58,678 nt of DNA from an uncultured bacterium (GTDB lineage Bacteria; Patescibacteriota; Minisyncoccia; Minisyncoccales; UBA5738): positions 1-58,678 of the forward strand of contig CAINCQ010000039.1 of assembly GCA_903847095.1 (NCBI GenBank), written 5' to 3'. Shown in pieces: positions 57,765 to 58,678 of the stretch. Below the pieces are notes generated by a model that saw nothing but the letters and a program-made list of their open reading frames with translations, did not search any database and had not been told where the DNA came from. A program made the translations under genes and the position numbers. Numbering within the stretch: position 1 is the first letter of the stretch; each line of letters begins with the position of its first letter.

Positions 57765-57945
57765 TAAGCGGAAAGATCCGCTTTTTTTGTTGCCTGATCT
57801 TTGATCAGACCATGGAGAAGGATAAACCGGATGTGCTTTGTCGGAATCAATTTTACGTTTTCCAAAAGTACTTTGGTTCGGTATAAAAGGTATTTCGCCA
57901 AAGAAAAACCCTGAAATAGTTCAGGGTAATGATCTGCGGATTAAT

Positions 57946-58677
57946 TTATTCGGGGATATTGAAGGGGCTGATTGGAGGATTGCCGACCGGTACTCTTTTT
58001 TTGGCGAGCCATCCTTGGTCGGATCCTTGGATCCTGGTTGGCCAGATCGCTTCGAATTCCGATCGGGAAACCCAGTAGGCGTAAAGAATGCCCCGGGGTT
58101 TCTTTTCCCAGTAGGTAATGGGATTGTTATCCCGTTCGACCCTTTGGGCGATTTTGGCTCCGGCGGCGATTTCAAAGCTCGGTTCTTCGTCTCGGCCCAG
58201 CAATATTCCTTTTTCTCCTCCTCCGCGCATTACGGGTTCTAGCGAGCGTCCATAGCTTTTAGCTCTGCTGAATCCAAGGACATCGTCACCGCCGGACCAG
58301 GAAGACTCAGGGACAAATTCACGTCTGACCGGTTCCGGTCTGGGTCTCGGCTGGCTGGAGATATAAAAGGCCATCCCTGCGGCAAAGACTCTTTTTTGGC
58401 CGATGATGTTGGCGGCGACACCTCGCGCGGTGTCTTGGGTGAATACCCATTGCCGGACATCTTTTCCATCCCTGAATCCATCGATCCAGAAACGTCCACC
58501 TTGGACGCTTCCGGCCAAATAGTTTTGGGGCGGCCATTCGTAGCCACAGACCTTGCAGAAGCCGCTCGAGGTGAGCGGAGTGCTGTCGAGGGGGCATTTT
58601 TGGCGGTATTGTTCCAGATGGAAATGGCTGGTTGGCTGTCCGGTGAGGGGATTAATGCCCTGGACCGACATAACCAC
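57946..58677 (-). CDS. Hypothetical protein with Cys-cluster region, 5'-partial at the window edge
   Basis: CP...FCKVCG, PQNYL, WIDGF..VRQWV, IAAGAKIAQ; frame open to the window end. Confidence 0.65.
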   Translation of the reverse strand: MVMSVQGINPLTGQPTSHFHLEQYRQKCPLDSTPLTSSGFCKVCGYEWPPQNYLAGSVQGGRFWIDGFRDGKDVRQWVFTQDTARGVAANIIGQKRVFAAGMAFYISSQPRPRPEPVRREFVPESSWSGGDDVLGFSRAKSYGRSLEPVMRGGGEKGILLGRDEEPSFEIAAGAKIAQRVERDNNPITYWEKKPRGILYAYWVSRSEFEAIWPTRIQGSDQGWLAKKRVPVGNPPISPFNIPE

Positions 58678-58678
58678 G

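Overview
Chromosomal segment of a small-genome bacterium (standard code 11). Gene content, core genes lacking Shine-Dalgarno sites and a dense set of intergenic palindromes point to Patescibacteria/CPR (Parcubacteria-like); this is inference, no search was run. The core part carries rodA, an O-antigen-ligase-like/TPR gene, rpoB-rpoC-ftsK-recA, rpsF-ssb-rpsR, PMM/PGM, trpS, rnj, tRNA-Leu(CAG), galU, a family-5 peptide-binding protein, secG, CIRCE-groES-groEL, lemA-htpX and, after about 45 kb, a run of small housekeeping and membrane genes. The most interesting part is the accessory locus at 1-5450. A 21-24 bp DNA word (GGCAACGTCGGCA[T/G]CGGGACG) encodes the GNVGIGT repeat of a large fibre/adhesin-like protein. 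The same word also forms the terminal inverted repeats of four 105-140 bp palindromic units sitting in frame inside a Zn-ribbon/PD-(D/E)XK nuclease and a four-helix-bundle gene, and the adhesin is fused to the nuclease at one such unit. Next to it lie a four-helix-bundle gene boxed by 30-bp inverted repeats, a TM0106-type nuclease and a REP-associated tyrosine transposase with six REPs, one inside its own CDS. Other highlights: a duplicated tRNA-Ser whose anticodon arm is exactly replaced by a 17-bp dispersed palindrome, beside a GIY-YIG gene; a candidate 230-nt structured ncRNA with its own promoter and terminator; a MITE family with compensatory base changes in three 5' leaders; a tandem array of promoter-SD-ORFan-terminator cassettes; two coupled Cys-rich microproteins; and paralogous secreted proteins sharing a CFFAKxFGxAC C-terminus, one with a thrombospondin type-1 repeat. 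No CRISPR array, rRNA, reverse transcriptase or integrase was seen.
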